A stretch of 64,000 bases of DNA, from positions 558,001-622,000 of the forward strand of contig CBFDEM010000033.1 of assembly GCA_965603825.1 (NCBI GenBank). The letters run 5' to 3'. The notes under the pieces were generated by a model. It was not told the origin of the DNA, made no database searches, and saw nothing but the letters and a program-made list of their open reading frames with translations. Positions within the stretch are counted from its first letter, which is position 1, and every line of letters begins with the position of its first letter. The position numbers and the translations under genes are program-made. The DNA comes from Blepharisma stoltei ATCC 30299. Taxonomy: Eukaryota > Protista > Ciliophora. This document shows, piece after piece, positions 1 to 13,100 of the stretch.

Positions 1-9
1 TTAGATTAA

Positions 10-3000
10 TTAGTCCCTATCTCTACCAGCTCGAACTTTACTCCTACTTTCTTCTACGTTCCTTTGATAAACGTCTAAATCCATATTTAGACTTGTATGA
101 TCAATATTTTCAATATAGCTCGCAGCGCTTTGGAACTGCTGGAACACGAAGCCTTTAAGTCCAATCATCTTTGTGTGGTGTCTGAATTTCGAAATATAGT
201 TCAGATTTGAATAAAGTCTTTTTGGCTTCGCTTTTAGTACAACATAAATTATAATCGGCAAAGAGTCATCTGTGCCAACTCCTCCGCTGCCTGACGACAC
301 AAGGCTGAGAACATTGACAATGATAGACATACAATCAGCCAGACAGTTCAGCTTTTCCGAAGGTGCCCTATAGTCATCAATTGCTTCTAATGACTCAATT
401 GCAAATTTCCACATATCTTCATTTCGGTTCGAAGGGTCAATATCCATATGTTCTGGCTTAACTCAGTCCAGCTCAAGTGTTTTATTATGCAAATTTGTAT
501 CTTCTATTGATGCTTTGCTTGGGAAAATGTGGTGGTACATAGAAGAAGTAATGTGCTTCTCGATTTCTTCTGTAGTTGTTTCAATATCTTCTTCACCCAA
601 GCCTGCATCTTTGAGCACGTTTCGAACCAAAGCTACATAGTCAAAGAAAGCACCTCCAACGTTATAATAGTCTTCAACATTTTCGGTGGATTGGACGACT
701 TGGTCAAGCTTCATAAATCGTTGGTAAAATTCTTCTATAGAGAAAATGTGAGTACTTTCGGTTTTTATGGACTTTGAGCCTCGGCCTCCAAGCACAAAAT
801 CTCCGACAGATTGCAGCTTGGAGTGAGGACATATGTTCTGGCTGTAGACTTGAACTGTGTTGTAAGGCCCTTCTTTAACTGTGAGCAGACAAGCTGGGAC
901 TCTTCCATCCTTGATAAACTGTATAAAGTATGCTTTTCTTTGTAAAGACTCTTGGACTTTGACTTCTAGCTTTATGTCGCTGACGTGTTTTTCCATAAAA
1001 TTGACAGCTAAAAGCAGCAGCTTTTTATTTTTGTTAGCTGCCCTCCTCAAGGTCTCAAATCTGTCTTCGCATTCTTTTTGCAGAGTTGTATAGAGTTTCC
1101 TAAAATTGTAAGCAATATAGTCTTCTGGAACACTTTTCAAGTAAGTTGCTAAAAACTGAGCTAGTAATTTCAATGGGACACCTTCTTGGGCAGCTGCTTT
1201 TTTGTTTTCAAAAAGATAAGAAAATTGGATGACGAACTCCGCAATGTCTTTGAGTGACCATTCTTTGCTTAAATCAAAGAAAATAGACATATCAAGGCAG
1301 CCTAGCAAGTTTCTTGTCGCATCTTTTACCTTGGCTAAAAGTTTTTCTCCTTCAAAGTCTGCTGTTTTCGGGAAATTTGACTGTGATTTATGAAGATTTG
1401 CAATATATGAGTTTTCAATATCCCCAAAATTTTTTTTCATAAAAAACAGATATGGGATTTCATTTTGCTGTAAATTAATTTCAGCTGTATAGCTGGATTG
1501 AATCAGAGAATCGGTCTCATCAGCTTTGCTGATGACTTTTGCATATCTTAATAAATCATTCCACCCTTTTTCTGTAACAGCTGTCTCTTGTTCTTTGACA
1601 ATTCTAGCAAGGAACTTAATATCTTCAATTGATAAAACTGAGGTAATCACTTTAAACTCTTTGATTTCACTCATATTTTCAGCTTGTTTTCTCGTCTTTG
1701 AGTGGAAATTAAATGGACTTATCTTAGGCCTAGTCAAAGCAGTCAAATAGTAATTGCACATGGTTCCTCTGTTTTTCTGGTCCTCAGATACATTGGTGCA
1801 TGGCAGTGGATATAGAGGAATTGAGCTTTTTCTCCATAGATTTGCGCCTTCTTCTAAATAAATGATATCCCTAAAGAATTCTTTCATATGTACAGACTCT
1901 TCTTTGATAAAAGAATTGATCACGAAATACTGAGGCTCGTCAAACTCGCTTTCTTTGAAAATATTTTTGAATATGGTGCCAATTGTTTTTAAATAGCCCA
2001 AGGTGACTTTATGGATCATCACATTTTGAAGCAGACCGTTTTTAATAGGATCAATAATTGCAGGGATCCACCAGAAAGTGAAAAGCATGTTGCCAAGGAG
2101 AGAGTATTTTTCTGCGTCGCTGACCCCACATACTAATTCATCAATAAGCGCTATTGTTTGTTTGCAGATTCCTCTTAAGCCATAAGGCATTGTTCTGACA
2201 TTTTTGTATAAGCTCTGCAGTAGTGATTTGCAATGGTCAATTATCACTTGGCTTCGCCCTTCAATCAGCTCTAGGACCTGTGGACTTGCCATTGCTTCAG
2301 CTTCACTTACTTCCATAACTGGAGACACTTCTTCTTTCTTCTCCTCCTTTACCTTTCTTCTGAATAGTCCTGTTTTTTTCTTCACAGGAACAGGCTCTTC
2401 TTTTTGATAGACCCTAATCTTTTCATTCTCAGCTCTATAAATCTGCTTTGGGTCAAGAATCAGTTCTTTTATGCGTTCCTGATCGTGGATGATTTCCCTA
2501 AGTGATTTTTTAAAGACCAGCTTCATGTACTTTCTCTGATTTTTCCTTTTCATATAAAGGATCAGCATCTTCCTCAGCACCAGATTTTCGTTTAGTAGAT
2601 TCGAAACGTGCCCTGAGTCCCTTAAATAGACGAGTTCTTCTTTAAGAATGCGATGGATAGCATTCAGCAGCTCCAACTCTGTGTTTTCCGGATGAACCAA
2701 GTCAAGAAAAAAAGAGAAGCCAAAGCTCTCAACGAGTCCATCAATTTTGTCCCTTCTTTGTCGGCATGAAGAAGCTACGAATGCAAATATATCCGGTTTC
2801 GTCCTGATTTGCAAGATAAAGGCTTCTACATATCGAAATGAGTCCCCCAAGAATGCGTGGGCGTCTGGGATCAGCCGCTTTTTATAGTCACTCTATTTTA
2901 ATGTTACAATCTCTTGAAAGTCTCTGACCTTTAACTGATGCTCGTAATATGCTCGATGGAGATCTTCAAGCTTTGACAGCAACTCTTTTTTTTCTAATTC

Positions 3001-3102
3001 GTCTGGGTTACAATTACCATGGGAAAGTCTCAGTTTTTCATATTTTAAGCACTTCTGCAAGTAGGTCCAGTCCTCAAAAGTCACTTTTCCTTCACTTTCC
3101 AT
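10..3102 (-). CDS. GAPVD1: RasGAP + VPS9 domain protein (GAPVD1/Gapex-5/RME-6-like Rab5 GEF), ~1025 aa
   Basis: Three track ORFs join: a 15-nt intron (2893-2907) and TGA=Trp at 463-465 (ELD-W-VKPEHMDI). RasGAP-like MPYGLRGICK / FTFWWIPAIIDP. C-terminal VPS9 motif PSEKLNCL...GTDDSLPIIIYVVLKAKP..LYSNLNYISKF. ATG at 3102 chosen over the TTG at 3177. Confidence 0.8.
2893..2907 (-). other. 15-nt spliceosomal intron GTAACATTAAAATAG
   Basis: GT..AG, 15 nt, contains the in-frame TAG; removal gives continuous QEI|SDYKKRLIPDAHAFLGD into the 463..2850 ORF. Confidence 0.88.
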
Positions 3103-3838
3103 TTTTAATGACAAATCTAGTTTTCTTTGAATCCTCGCTTGTGGAGAAGACCAGCTAAGCGGTTTTATCAAACTCAAGAATCGGGATTAGTCTAGAACTT
3201 AATTTTGGCTGAATAATGAATTTAATCTTATTTAAAGGATAGATATATTACATTTTGAGGACATGAAGAGTCTTATGAACATTAGAAAATTGCATTTTTT
3301 AGAAAGGTCATGGAATGTGTTATACATATAGAATATATAAATAGAGATTCAGGGCGATTGGAATTTATTTCATTAGGAATACTTGCTTCCAGGTAGGTTC
3401 AGACTTGGAACAAAAGTACCCTTCGTGAAAGTTGTTCATCATGATAAAATTAATTATAAGAAAATGTCGATTTCTATTCCATAAGTTTATATGATATAAA
3501 TACCCATTTATTTTTCAAAGAAATTAGATATCCCTCAATTATCTTTCAGTGGCAAAGCAGATAATTTGAAAGAGAAATTATTAAAATAAAGAAATTTAAG
3601 ATTTGTAAATAATCTTAAAATGCATTTTAGCCAAAGCATTACTGCTGCAAAGGAATAATTCTAATGCATAAGAAATCCCAATAAAGACGCAAGTAAGTCA
3701 TTAGTGTTTTCAATTTATGACACATTATTGCCCGGTCAAGCAAAATGCCTGGCATAAAAAACAAGGCACATCGGATATCTTCAGGAAAAAACTATATAAT
3801 TTGAATAAATTTTATATCGTGATAATTAAAATTTAGAA

Positions 3839-6800
3839 ATGGAATCTGCTATAGCTAGAATCAGCTTTACTGAAAAAGAGCAAAAATATTATTCGGTAGA
3901 ATTCGACCGACTCACTGCAGAACAGAAAAAACCTCTTAATGAAAGAGAACTGATGGGACATGGAGCGGCGACTTTTTTTCGAATGCTTAAAATAGGGGAC
4001 TCAGATCTTGCCAAAATTTGAGAACTTGTGAGTGAGGGCCAGCCTTTCCTGAAATTTCCTAATTTCATGGCTGCTATGAGGCTTTGCAGTTCCAGAAAAC
4101 AAGGAAAGCCAATTATGGCAGAGAATTTTATGAGAGAGCAGAGTGTTCTTGCAAGACGGCAAAGAGAAAAGCCAAGCCCAAACCCAAATCCTCCTGCCAC
4201 CAATAAATCATCGAGTTCTTCGCAGAATGAAAGTTCCCAAGGCTCAAAAACACAAGAAGAATCTCCACAATTAAATAAAGAAGAAGTGAAAAGCCAAGAA
4301 GTGAAAATACCTCAAGAGCAGCTTCCCAATCCAGTTCAGCCAGACATAAAACCACCAGCTCCTGCAATTGAATCAAATATTGTCGATGAAAGCATTAAGC
4401 AAGAAGAAAAGCCAAATTTATCTGAAGAAAGCAAAGACCCTATCCAAGTTGTATCTTTAAATTTCCAACAGGAAGCTCAGCCAACTATTAGTGTAAACTC
4501 AAATACACAAGATAGCTCTAGAGAGTTATCCCAAGAAGAAATAGTTTCTGCAAAGCAGGATAAAATAGTTGAAAGTCAAGAAAATATAGAAAATATCAAA
4601 GAAGCTACTCAATCAATAGACTTAAGCCAAGACAAATTAGAAGATATTAAAGAAAATATAATTCCAAGACAAGAAGAAAGTCCTATACAGTCTATAAGTG
4701 ATCAAAAAGAAATTGAAGAAGAAAGAAAAAATGAAGATCAAAGTGTGAGTCAAGAAAATCTCCAGCCAGCTGCTAAAGATATACTTGATCGTGACTTAAT
4801 CCAAAGCTTTCCAGAGCCAATAATAAGTGAGAATAGATTGGTTGAAGAGGAAAAATCTTATTCAAAACTAGAAGTTGAAGAAATTAAAGAAAGTGAGGAA
4901 AAGCCAAAAATTGATGAGAGGCAGGCTGAAGTAGAAATTATGGAATCTGCTGTTAATTTAGAAGAGCCAATAGCTTCATATAAAATAGCCAATCCAGCTC
5001 AAGTTGGCTTTAACGTAGAAGAAGAGAAGATCGAGAATGATCCAAATAAAAAAAGTGAGTTTGAAGAAGCAATCGATAAAATTGATAAAGAAATCAAACA
5101 AAATAATGATTCTCAAATACAAAATGGGCAAAACAATTTTTTAGAAGAGATAAAAGAATGCATGCCTATTAGCGATTCAATCTCTAAAATTGAAATTCCA
5201 ATAGAGAAAATTGAAAGCAAAGCCAACTTCGGACCAATTGAAGAAAAGCCGATAGTGGAAATAAGTCTTGTAGAAAAAAATGAAATAGTTGCATTGAAAA
5301 TTGACGAAAGGAAAATAATAGATATATTTGAAGAAAAGAGCTTAGAGGAGCCACAAAAGGAAATAAAGCCAGAAATTTTAGAAAAAAATATAAAGAAACT
5401 TGAAATCCAACCTTTTGAGGAAATAGATTTAGAAGACCCTATAAAAGATAAACCAAAAATCAGAGCAGAAAAGGTAGATAATATAAGCAACAATTCAGAA
5501 GAAAAATTAAATGGGTACCAAAATCAGAAGCAAAATGACAGCTTAAGTTCTTTTAAGGAGGCTGATAAAAATCCTTCTGAAGAAAGCACTCCTTCCCAAG
5601 CGATCCAAATTTCGAATTCAGACCTTTTTAACGAAGAAGTATTCCCAAGGGTCCAAATCGATTCCATTAATCTAAATGAAGATGGAAAATCTGAAAACCA
5701 AGAAAAAAATTCTGAAGAAAGCTCTGAAATTTTCCAGCCCAGAGTCTCCAAACCTCTCTCTGGTGAAAACTTGCTCAGCTATTTAGAAGGTCAAGATCAA
5801 GCTTTTGCCTCCTCACGCGATATCATTCCTCCTCCCCCAAAACCAAGTGAATCTAGTTTCCAGGAACCATTTGACAACGAAATAATCGTTGAGACTCCAA
5901 TTCATGTATCCAGTGGATGGTTTGGAAGCAGTTCCTATTATCTTTACCCAATCATGACCCGCTTCAAAGGCTGCGTGTACAATGTAAAAAGAAGGTTCAG
6001 TGATTTGGATTGGATGCACAACCTTTTGGTAGTAAAATATAAAGGCTTTATCATTCCTCCAAGGCCAGACAAAAAATATATCAATAACACTGATGATAAG
6101 TTTATTGAGGAAAGGAGAATCCAAATGGAAAAATACCTAAATATCATTTTAAGGCACCCAATTCTATGCAGCTCTTCTCCATTCAGAGTGTTCACACAGT
6201 CATCAAATGAAAAGTTTGAAACTGACAAAGCACAAGCTGAAGCAAGCCAGGATACTATGGAGTATAGGAACTTTGAAGATATGTACGACAAGGTAATGGC
6301 AAAAGTGCAGAATAAGTTTCAAGTACTTTTCGCACAGAAAATTTTGCCATTTAGTAAAGAGATTTCAATTATAGAAGACAAAATTGAGAGAATGGATGCC
6401 CCAGTTCAAGCACTCTCTGAAGCGTTTTTGATTTGGACTCAAAGACAGAAGGAAACTTCAAAATCACTTGCAGGAATCAGCATGCCAGAAAACCCAGAGC
6501 TAGCTAGGCTTATGCAGAGATTTTCTCTTGTGCATCAAGAAAACTTATCTGAACTGCATTCTTTGTCACTTGAAATCCATGAAGAACAGCTGAGGCTGGA
6601 GGGGCTGAAACTTGCAGTGAGCTCTTATAAGTCAATGATTGATGAGTACTCTCAACAAGAAACCTTAATTTCAAGAAAACTAGCAAAACATAGGGCTAGT
6701 GCAGACGATGATACAGCTTCAAGGTACCTGAGCGAAATCCAACTGGCTCAAGACACACTTGATAAGCTTAATGAAACTTTGAGCGGAATTGAGAAAAATA

Positions 6801-6952
6801 TTATTCAAGAAAACACAAGCTTTGATGAGGATAGAGGGAAACACATACTTAAAACCATCATTAGCATATGCTCTCAGCAGAATTCTTATTATGAAGAAGA
6901 AAAGAAGTTCTGGAGAGAGACTGCAAATGCGCCGAAAGGTATCAATACATAA
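3839..6952 (+). CDS. EH-domain + acidic linker + PX domain + C-terminal helical (BAR-like) sorting nexin, ~1037 aa
   Basis: N-terminal EH fold (Y...FDRL...GHGAATFF...DLAKI-W(TGA 4019-4021)-ELV...FMAAMRL). PX motif VKRRFSDLDWMH...IIPPRPDK...FIEERRIQMEKYLNIILRHP. Long E/K/I-rich linker. Confidence 0.8.
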
Positions 6953-7133
6953 TTGTCTTTTATATAAAATTGAGGTAATGCTGTTTTATAAATCTAATTA
7001 ATAAATTATAGATATCACAAATATAAAATGTAAAAGCATGAATTTAAATAAAAAGTTTTGGGATATTTCTTATTCATTAAAAAAATTAATCACAAATATA
7101 TTAGTTATTTTATCAATTCCAGAGGTATCTCCA

Positions 7134-10100
7134 TTACTTTTTAGATTTCAGCGCTTTGAGCTTCTCGAACTCTGTCGATATATACTCAATCCTTTGTTCA
7201 ATGGTTTTGAACATATCTTGTCTTTTGACTTCATCAAGAGTTTTGTTCTTTTTGATAGCTAAAGAAGTGCTTTGAGGAAACCAGAGTAGTTCTTTTTTAT
7301 CGTATTGCTCCTTTACATAAGACTCAATGCCTGAATACTCAGTCTCATCTTTTGACTTTAAATAAGCAATAAAGAGAATATAGTTTCACTCATTATGCTC
7401 AGTATAAACATGATAGGCAAAAGGTCTCCCTGTGAAATGCTCTATTTCATCTCGGTCTAAGCCACAAATGAAGCACTTATTTTCTTTATCATTTGTGCTT
7501 TCTTCTTGCTGCTCTCTCAAAATGGTAAAAGTATCAATAATCACACCCTGCACAATTTTTAGAGCGATAATCATGATTAGGATATTGAAAGAATTGTCAA
7601 AGAACAGTCTGTCGTAGTCTATTCACCCAGCACCCCAGTCAGAAATTCAGCCTCCAATCCCTCCGTTTGCTTTAAAACCTCTGTCGCCAATAAAAATCCC
7701 GCATTTTAGTAAACTTACACAGTTTCCAGACAAATCAGAAGGGAAGCCTATATATGCCCAGACCCCAAATAAATAGATTAAGACGATCAGGAAAATGAAT
7801 AAAACAACCAGAGATTTCCATGGCAAAATAACTGATTTAATCACATTTTGGAGTGAAGGGTATTTATAGAGAATATCTGAAAGCAAAAAACAAAAGAAAA
7901 ATGGGTGATAGGAAAGTCCCAAGATTGAAAAGATCATATATGCAGAGTAATAAACGACATCCACAGTGACTGAATAAAATAATGTAAATAGCAGTTGTCG
8001 ACCCCTTATATAAATGACTATGAGTTTTTTTGGATTTGAGCTCCAAAATTTCTTATCAGGGCTGCTTCTCCTTCAAGCAGTTTTGGCTAAGTATGGCCCT
8101 TTCTGCAATAAAAAAAACGACACAATTAAAGCTGAAAGCACAACTTGAACGGTCCCAAAAATAATCATCAAGCTCTTCGTATCAACATAATTTAGTCCAC
8201 CTTCAGTGTTATACGCGTCATAATAAAACAGTGAGTATCTCCAAAGTCTTTCTTTATCCTCATCCAAATTATTATCTTGCTCATATACGAAATCCGAATA
8301 AGAGCTGATAATAAAAAAGTTCAAGACAAGTGTAATCATAAACGACAATTCACGATAAAGATACACATTTGATACAAATAAAGCTGTGAATTTGTTTCTG
8401 TTGTATAGTTTTTGGAGAAAATGCTCATGCTGAAGCTGCTCAATGGTTCTATCAGACTGGTTGGTCAGATAGGTCAGCTTTGTTTGTGTAGAAGTTCGGT
8501 CGGCGTCTGCACTAAACTCTTCTTTTAGCTCATTTGTGTAGCCAAGCGCTATTGGAGGCTTTGTGAAGTAGTACTTGATGATTTCTTCGTTGAAAACTAT
8601 CTCAATGTGGGTAGTATTCCCATCAAAGAACTTATAAGCTGCTTCTAATACTTCTGCAGAGTCTTCTTCAGCCTGTTTTCCTCCTTCATTGTCTACTATT
8701 TTGGCGAGCTTTGTAACAGTTTCAAGCGAATTTTTGACAAAAGCCATGCCGAACCTTCCTAAGCCTCCTAGAAGCTTGCCACCGAAAATCATATTCAGTT
8801 CAGGGAGCTCTTCAGCAGGAGGAAGTCCACCTTCTTCCATTTCTTCATTGGTTTCGTCAGAGTCGCGGAACATTTTCATGAGCTGGTATATCATCATACC
8901 AACTTCAATGACCAAGGTATAGTATTTCGGATCTTGATCTTGTTTTCTGACGCCAAAGCTCTCATATTCTTCATTCTCCGCTGTATGGTTAAATATATCA
9001 TAGTCATAATGATCAATTCCATATAGCTCCACATAATTTTTAAAAATGCTAATAAGGTTTTCTTTAAGCAATTCTGTATGGAATGCTCTGATCAGCCTAG
9101 AAATGACATAATTATCATTTCTTGCTTCAAGAAGCGCTAAAATGGTGATCATGCATTTATATTTCAGATGAGAAATCATTCATCCTTTTAAACACTCCAC
9201 TTGGTTAGTTACAAACTTATCATAAATCTTTTCGTTTTTAAGCGCTTCATAGACCTCAATACCATCTTTATATTCATCAATTGCAAGGAGATTTGAAGCG
9301 ATTTCTACAAACTGTCCATCAATGATATACTCCTGGTTATTCTTGCATGGCCCCTGTATAAATTCTGTGAGAGTGTCAAAGCACTGAGAAATCTCCAAGA
9401 AATAATTGATGTGCATTTTTTTCATCAAGCTTTCTAATAGAAATGTGACGTCATTAATCATATCATAGCTATTCATAGAATGAGTCTGAAAACGAAGGTA
9501 AACTTGAAGCTTGCTATTGTGGTTTTCACAAAACAGCTGCAGAAGTCTCAATATTAGCTTAATAATATCGCGGTCTTCTTTATATACTGCTTTTTTAGAA
9601 GCAAGAGGAGGAGGCCCATTCGTGATAGTCTCGATTCTGTCAATAAGTTCTGTATGCATCCTTTTGAAAAGGTTCTCAGAAGTGGGGTTGTTGGCAAAGA
9701 ACTTATAGATTTCGGCTTGCACTATTCGGTTGCCTCCATCTAAAAGCTGAGTTAAGAAATGGATAAGAGTTACAAACATAGGCTTTTCTGTGTTTAAGTC
9801 ACAGAGAAGAGTCAGGCAAACATTTGTGGCACCGAACGAGTTGAATTTGTTCTGCATTTCTTCTTTAGTGATCTCTAGGCCAACTGAGTTCTCGCTTTCT
9901 TCCGTCTCTGATTCTTCAATAAAAGACCCAAGCAGCTCTATTGATTCTATCAAGATCCCTACTGGGACTCTCTGATTGCGGCTTCCACTTATAAAATTGA
10001 TAATTTCTTTAGAAATTTGAGTAAATGCTAGATTAGGGTGAAAATTATTGATATAATAAATTGCCAGCCTTAGCGCTTTCTTTTCGTCAGCCAAGATTTT

Positions 10101-13100
10101 CTTTATGTTTTCACTATACAGGACATTTTCGATAAAGTTTTTTCATCCCTCTTCTGCTTCATTTATCCATTCTTTATCATCAAATAAAGAATTCCCTGAG
10201 TCTATAAGAGCTTCTCTAGCAACTTCTCTGCTTTCACCAATTGCATCATTTATCTCACAGCTAAAGCTGCTACAAAACTCATGGATTTGGTCTATCATCG
10301 GCTGCTTTACAAACCTAGAGTCGAATTTTGATATATTTTTAGCAAGAGACTTGGCGAATTGGTGAAGTGAAGAGCTGCTTTCTTGCTCAGCGAATGGGAT
10401 TTCTGGCCTGAAAAAGGTTATGGAATAATGAAAAAGAACTTTTAAGAATGTAGCCAAAAAGTTTGTATGGTCTTCATCAACTACAGCTATGATTTCTAAG
10501 ACTTCTGCTTGTCTTGTTATATATAAATGAAAACTTTCAGAGCTTTTTATTTCATCATTAAACTCTTCAGATTCAATATAAATGTGATAGAAAAATTCTA
10601 ATGCTGGCAATTTCATAGGAACTGACGAGTTCTTGCCGTCTTCTAACTGTAATAAAATATCCAAAATATTGAACAAAGGGAGGTTTTTATGAAATTTAGC
10701 TTCTTTTATACACCAATTCAGCCATTTCAGATTTTTTGGGTTATTGTATACAAATTTTATCAAGATATTATGGCAAATTGTGAACAAATTATGAATTTTT
10801 CTGAAGCATTCTGAGTCTTTATTTTTATCCTGATTTAATAAAAGCACATACATTCCATCTTTCAGAAAATGCAGCAATAGCTCATGGATTTTCAAATAGA
10901 AAAATATAGTTTGACGAGACTTAGAAACTTTTTCACATCTTCCTGGGGTAACTGTATTTCCTTGAATTGATGTTTCTTCAAAGAGAATATAATCAATATT
11001 TTGCAAAAGTTCATTTACGTTTTCAAAGCTGCTTACTGCTTTTGCTTTGTCAAGACTATCATCTTTTCAGTAAGTGAGCCAAACTTCGTTTTGGTCTGCA
11101 TATTGTTTAAGCCAAGCCATACTTTTTTTAAGGTATTTATATATTAATGCTTCTTGCAAGTTACAAACTACATGAAGTTTCTTAAGGGCGTGGAGCATGT
11201 CTGTTCGTTGCCGAAAGCACCTCATAATGAGGGCTAAAATATTTTGCTTTAGCTTATAATTTTTGCTTTCGACAAACACATTTAGTAGCTTTGGAAGTAT
11301 TGGCTCAGATGACATACAGTTAAGATTGAGTATGACTGGAGCGCACCAAGTTTTAAAATTGCTTTGTTGGAATTCATTGGTTGCTTTATGGCTGACGTGA
11401 GAAATCTTCATTATTGGTGGGAATAAAATGGAGAGGTCTTCATAGATCCAGTCTTTTGAGTAAGTTAAATGGTTGAATCAGCCTAGGACGTTGTTTATCA
11501 AAAACTCCATTTGGATGTCTAAATATAGATTGAGTATTTTGCAGATCCTGACCTTGATTTTGTCTTCAGGAGTTTTCTTAACGTGGTCTTGGAAAGAGCT
11601 CGATTTAAGTATGGAGATAAAATTCTTTAAGTTAACTGCACATCGTGTTACAGGCTCAGAGAGTTCAGCTGGATCGTTTAGCAACTCTTCGAGGTAATTC
11701 TTTTTGTCTTTATCCTTTTCATCTTCTCTATCTTCGCTTCTTCTTGATGACTTTCTTCTTTTAAGACTTCCTCTTTTCTTGATAGAAGATCTCCTTCGCT
11801 CAGCTGTAAAAAACAATAAGTGGGATATCGATCTTAAGAGCCTTACTATATCCATATTTTCACTAGAAAACCCAATGCTTAACGGGTTTACAATTGTGAA
11901 CTGCTTATCAAAATTTGTGCAGCAAGTGCCATAAAGGTTGAATTTAATAAGTTTTTCTGAAACCCTAAGCATCTCATCGACAAAAATATCATATTGGACT
12001 CCATTACGCTGAGTAGAAAAGAACTCAAGAATATTATAGAGCATAGTTTGTATCAAAGAGTTTTCATCAGTAAACTTCCTCACATCAGCTTCTTCAAGGT
12101 CTCCTATATCAATCGAAGCTCTTTCAATATTAGTTTTCGCTGTTTCAAGCTCATCTCTTAAATTAATCATAGTATTTTCAAGCAGTCTTACCTCAACAAA
12201 TGACTGCTCTGTTTCACTGCTTCATTTTTGGCTGACTGACTTTTTCCCAGCCATGCTTTCTCCCATCCTTATAATTTTTACAAACTCTGGCTTTTTTATC
12301 TCCATCCTAGGAAATACATCAATATGCATTGAAAACATTAGCTTAGAGGCTGCAGCTCGTAGTGCCTTGGTAAGCTTAGGGTTCCACATAATATTTTGTA
12401 GGATATCCCCAGGAAAGTCTTCTTTCAGTGCATCTATAAATAAAGTATTTCTTCCAAAGCATAATGCTCCGAACAGCTCAAGCAGCTTTATAAAGTAAAC
12501 AATTAAAGCTGACTCTTTATTTATATGGCCATCATCAAAATATGTATCTAAAGCGTTTAGCTCACTGCTTTGGTCAGATGAAATTCAAAATTGATTTTCT
12601 TTCATTTGGATCTGGATAAGGGTGCTGGCATAGATTTCTTTGTCCATGAAGACCAGCTCGAAAATTTTCTTTTGGTTGACTTTAATTCGATGGTCTTTAT
12701 ATGAGCATATTGTTTTCAAGAACTCCAAGATCTGAGGCCTTCTTTTTTCATGCTGAGAACACAATAAAGAGCTATAGTAACTTATTAGGCTGCTGTCTAC
12801 CATTTGACGAGGAAACAGCTGCTGAGGTAACGAAACCTTATGGACTGCAAACAGCAGCTCATTATTACTCTTCAAAATTGACAGTAAAAACTTCGTTGCG
12901 CCTAAGTTATACTCAATGTGCTTCACAAAAATATTTAAATAGTTGAAAGCGTACATTTGATTGGTAAGATTTTTATAGCAGAGAGTTACCAATAAATCAT
13001 AAATTCGTTCCACAATATTGATTACATATCTTGTTTTCGTTACGTTTACACTGTCTTCTGCATTTAGAACGCCAATTTTTGAATTTTCAGCTGTGATATC

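Noticed and set aside
4019-4021. In-frame TGA as selenocysteine or cysteine
   Set aside because: Positions align to Trp in unrelated non-redox families and are far too frequent for Sec.
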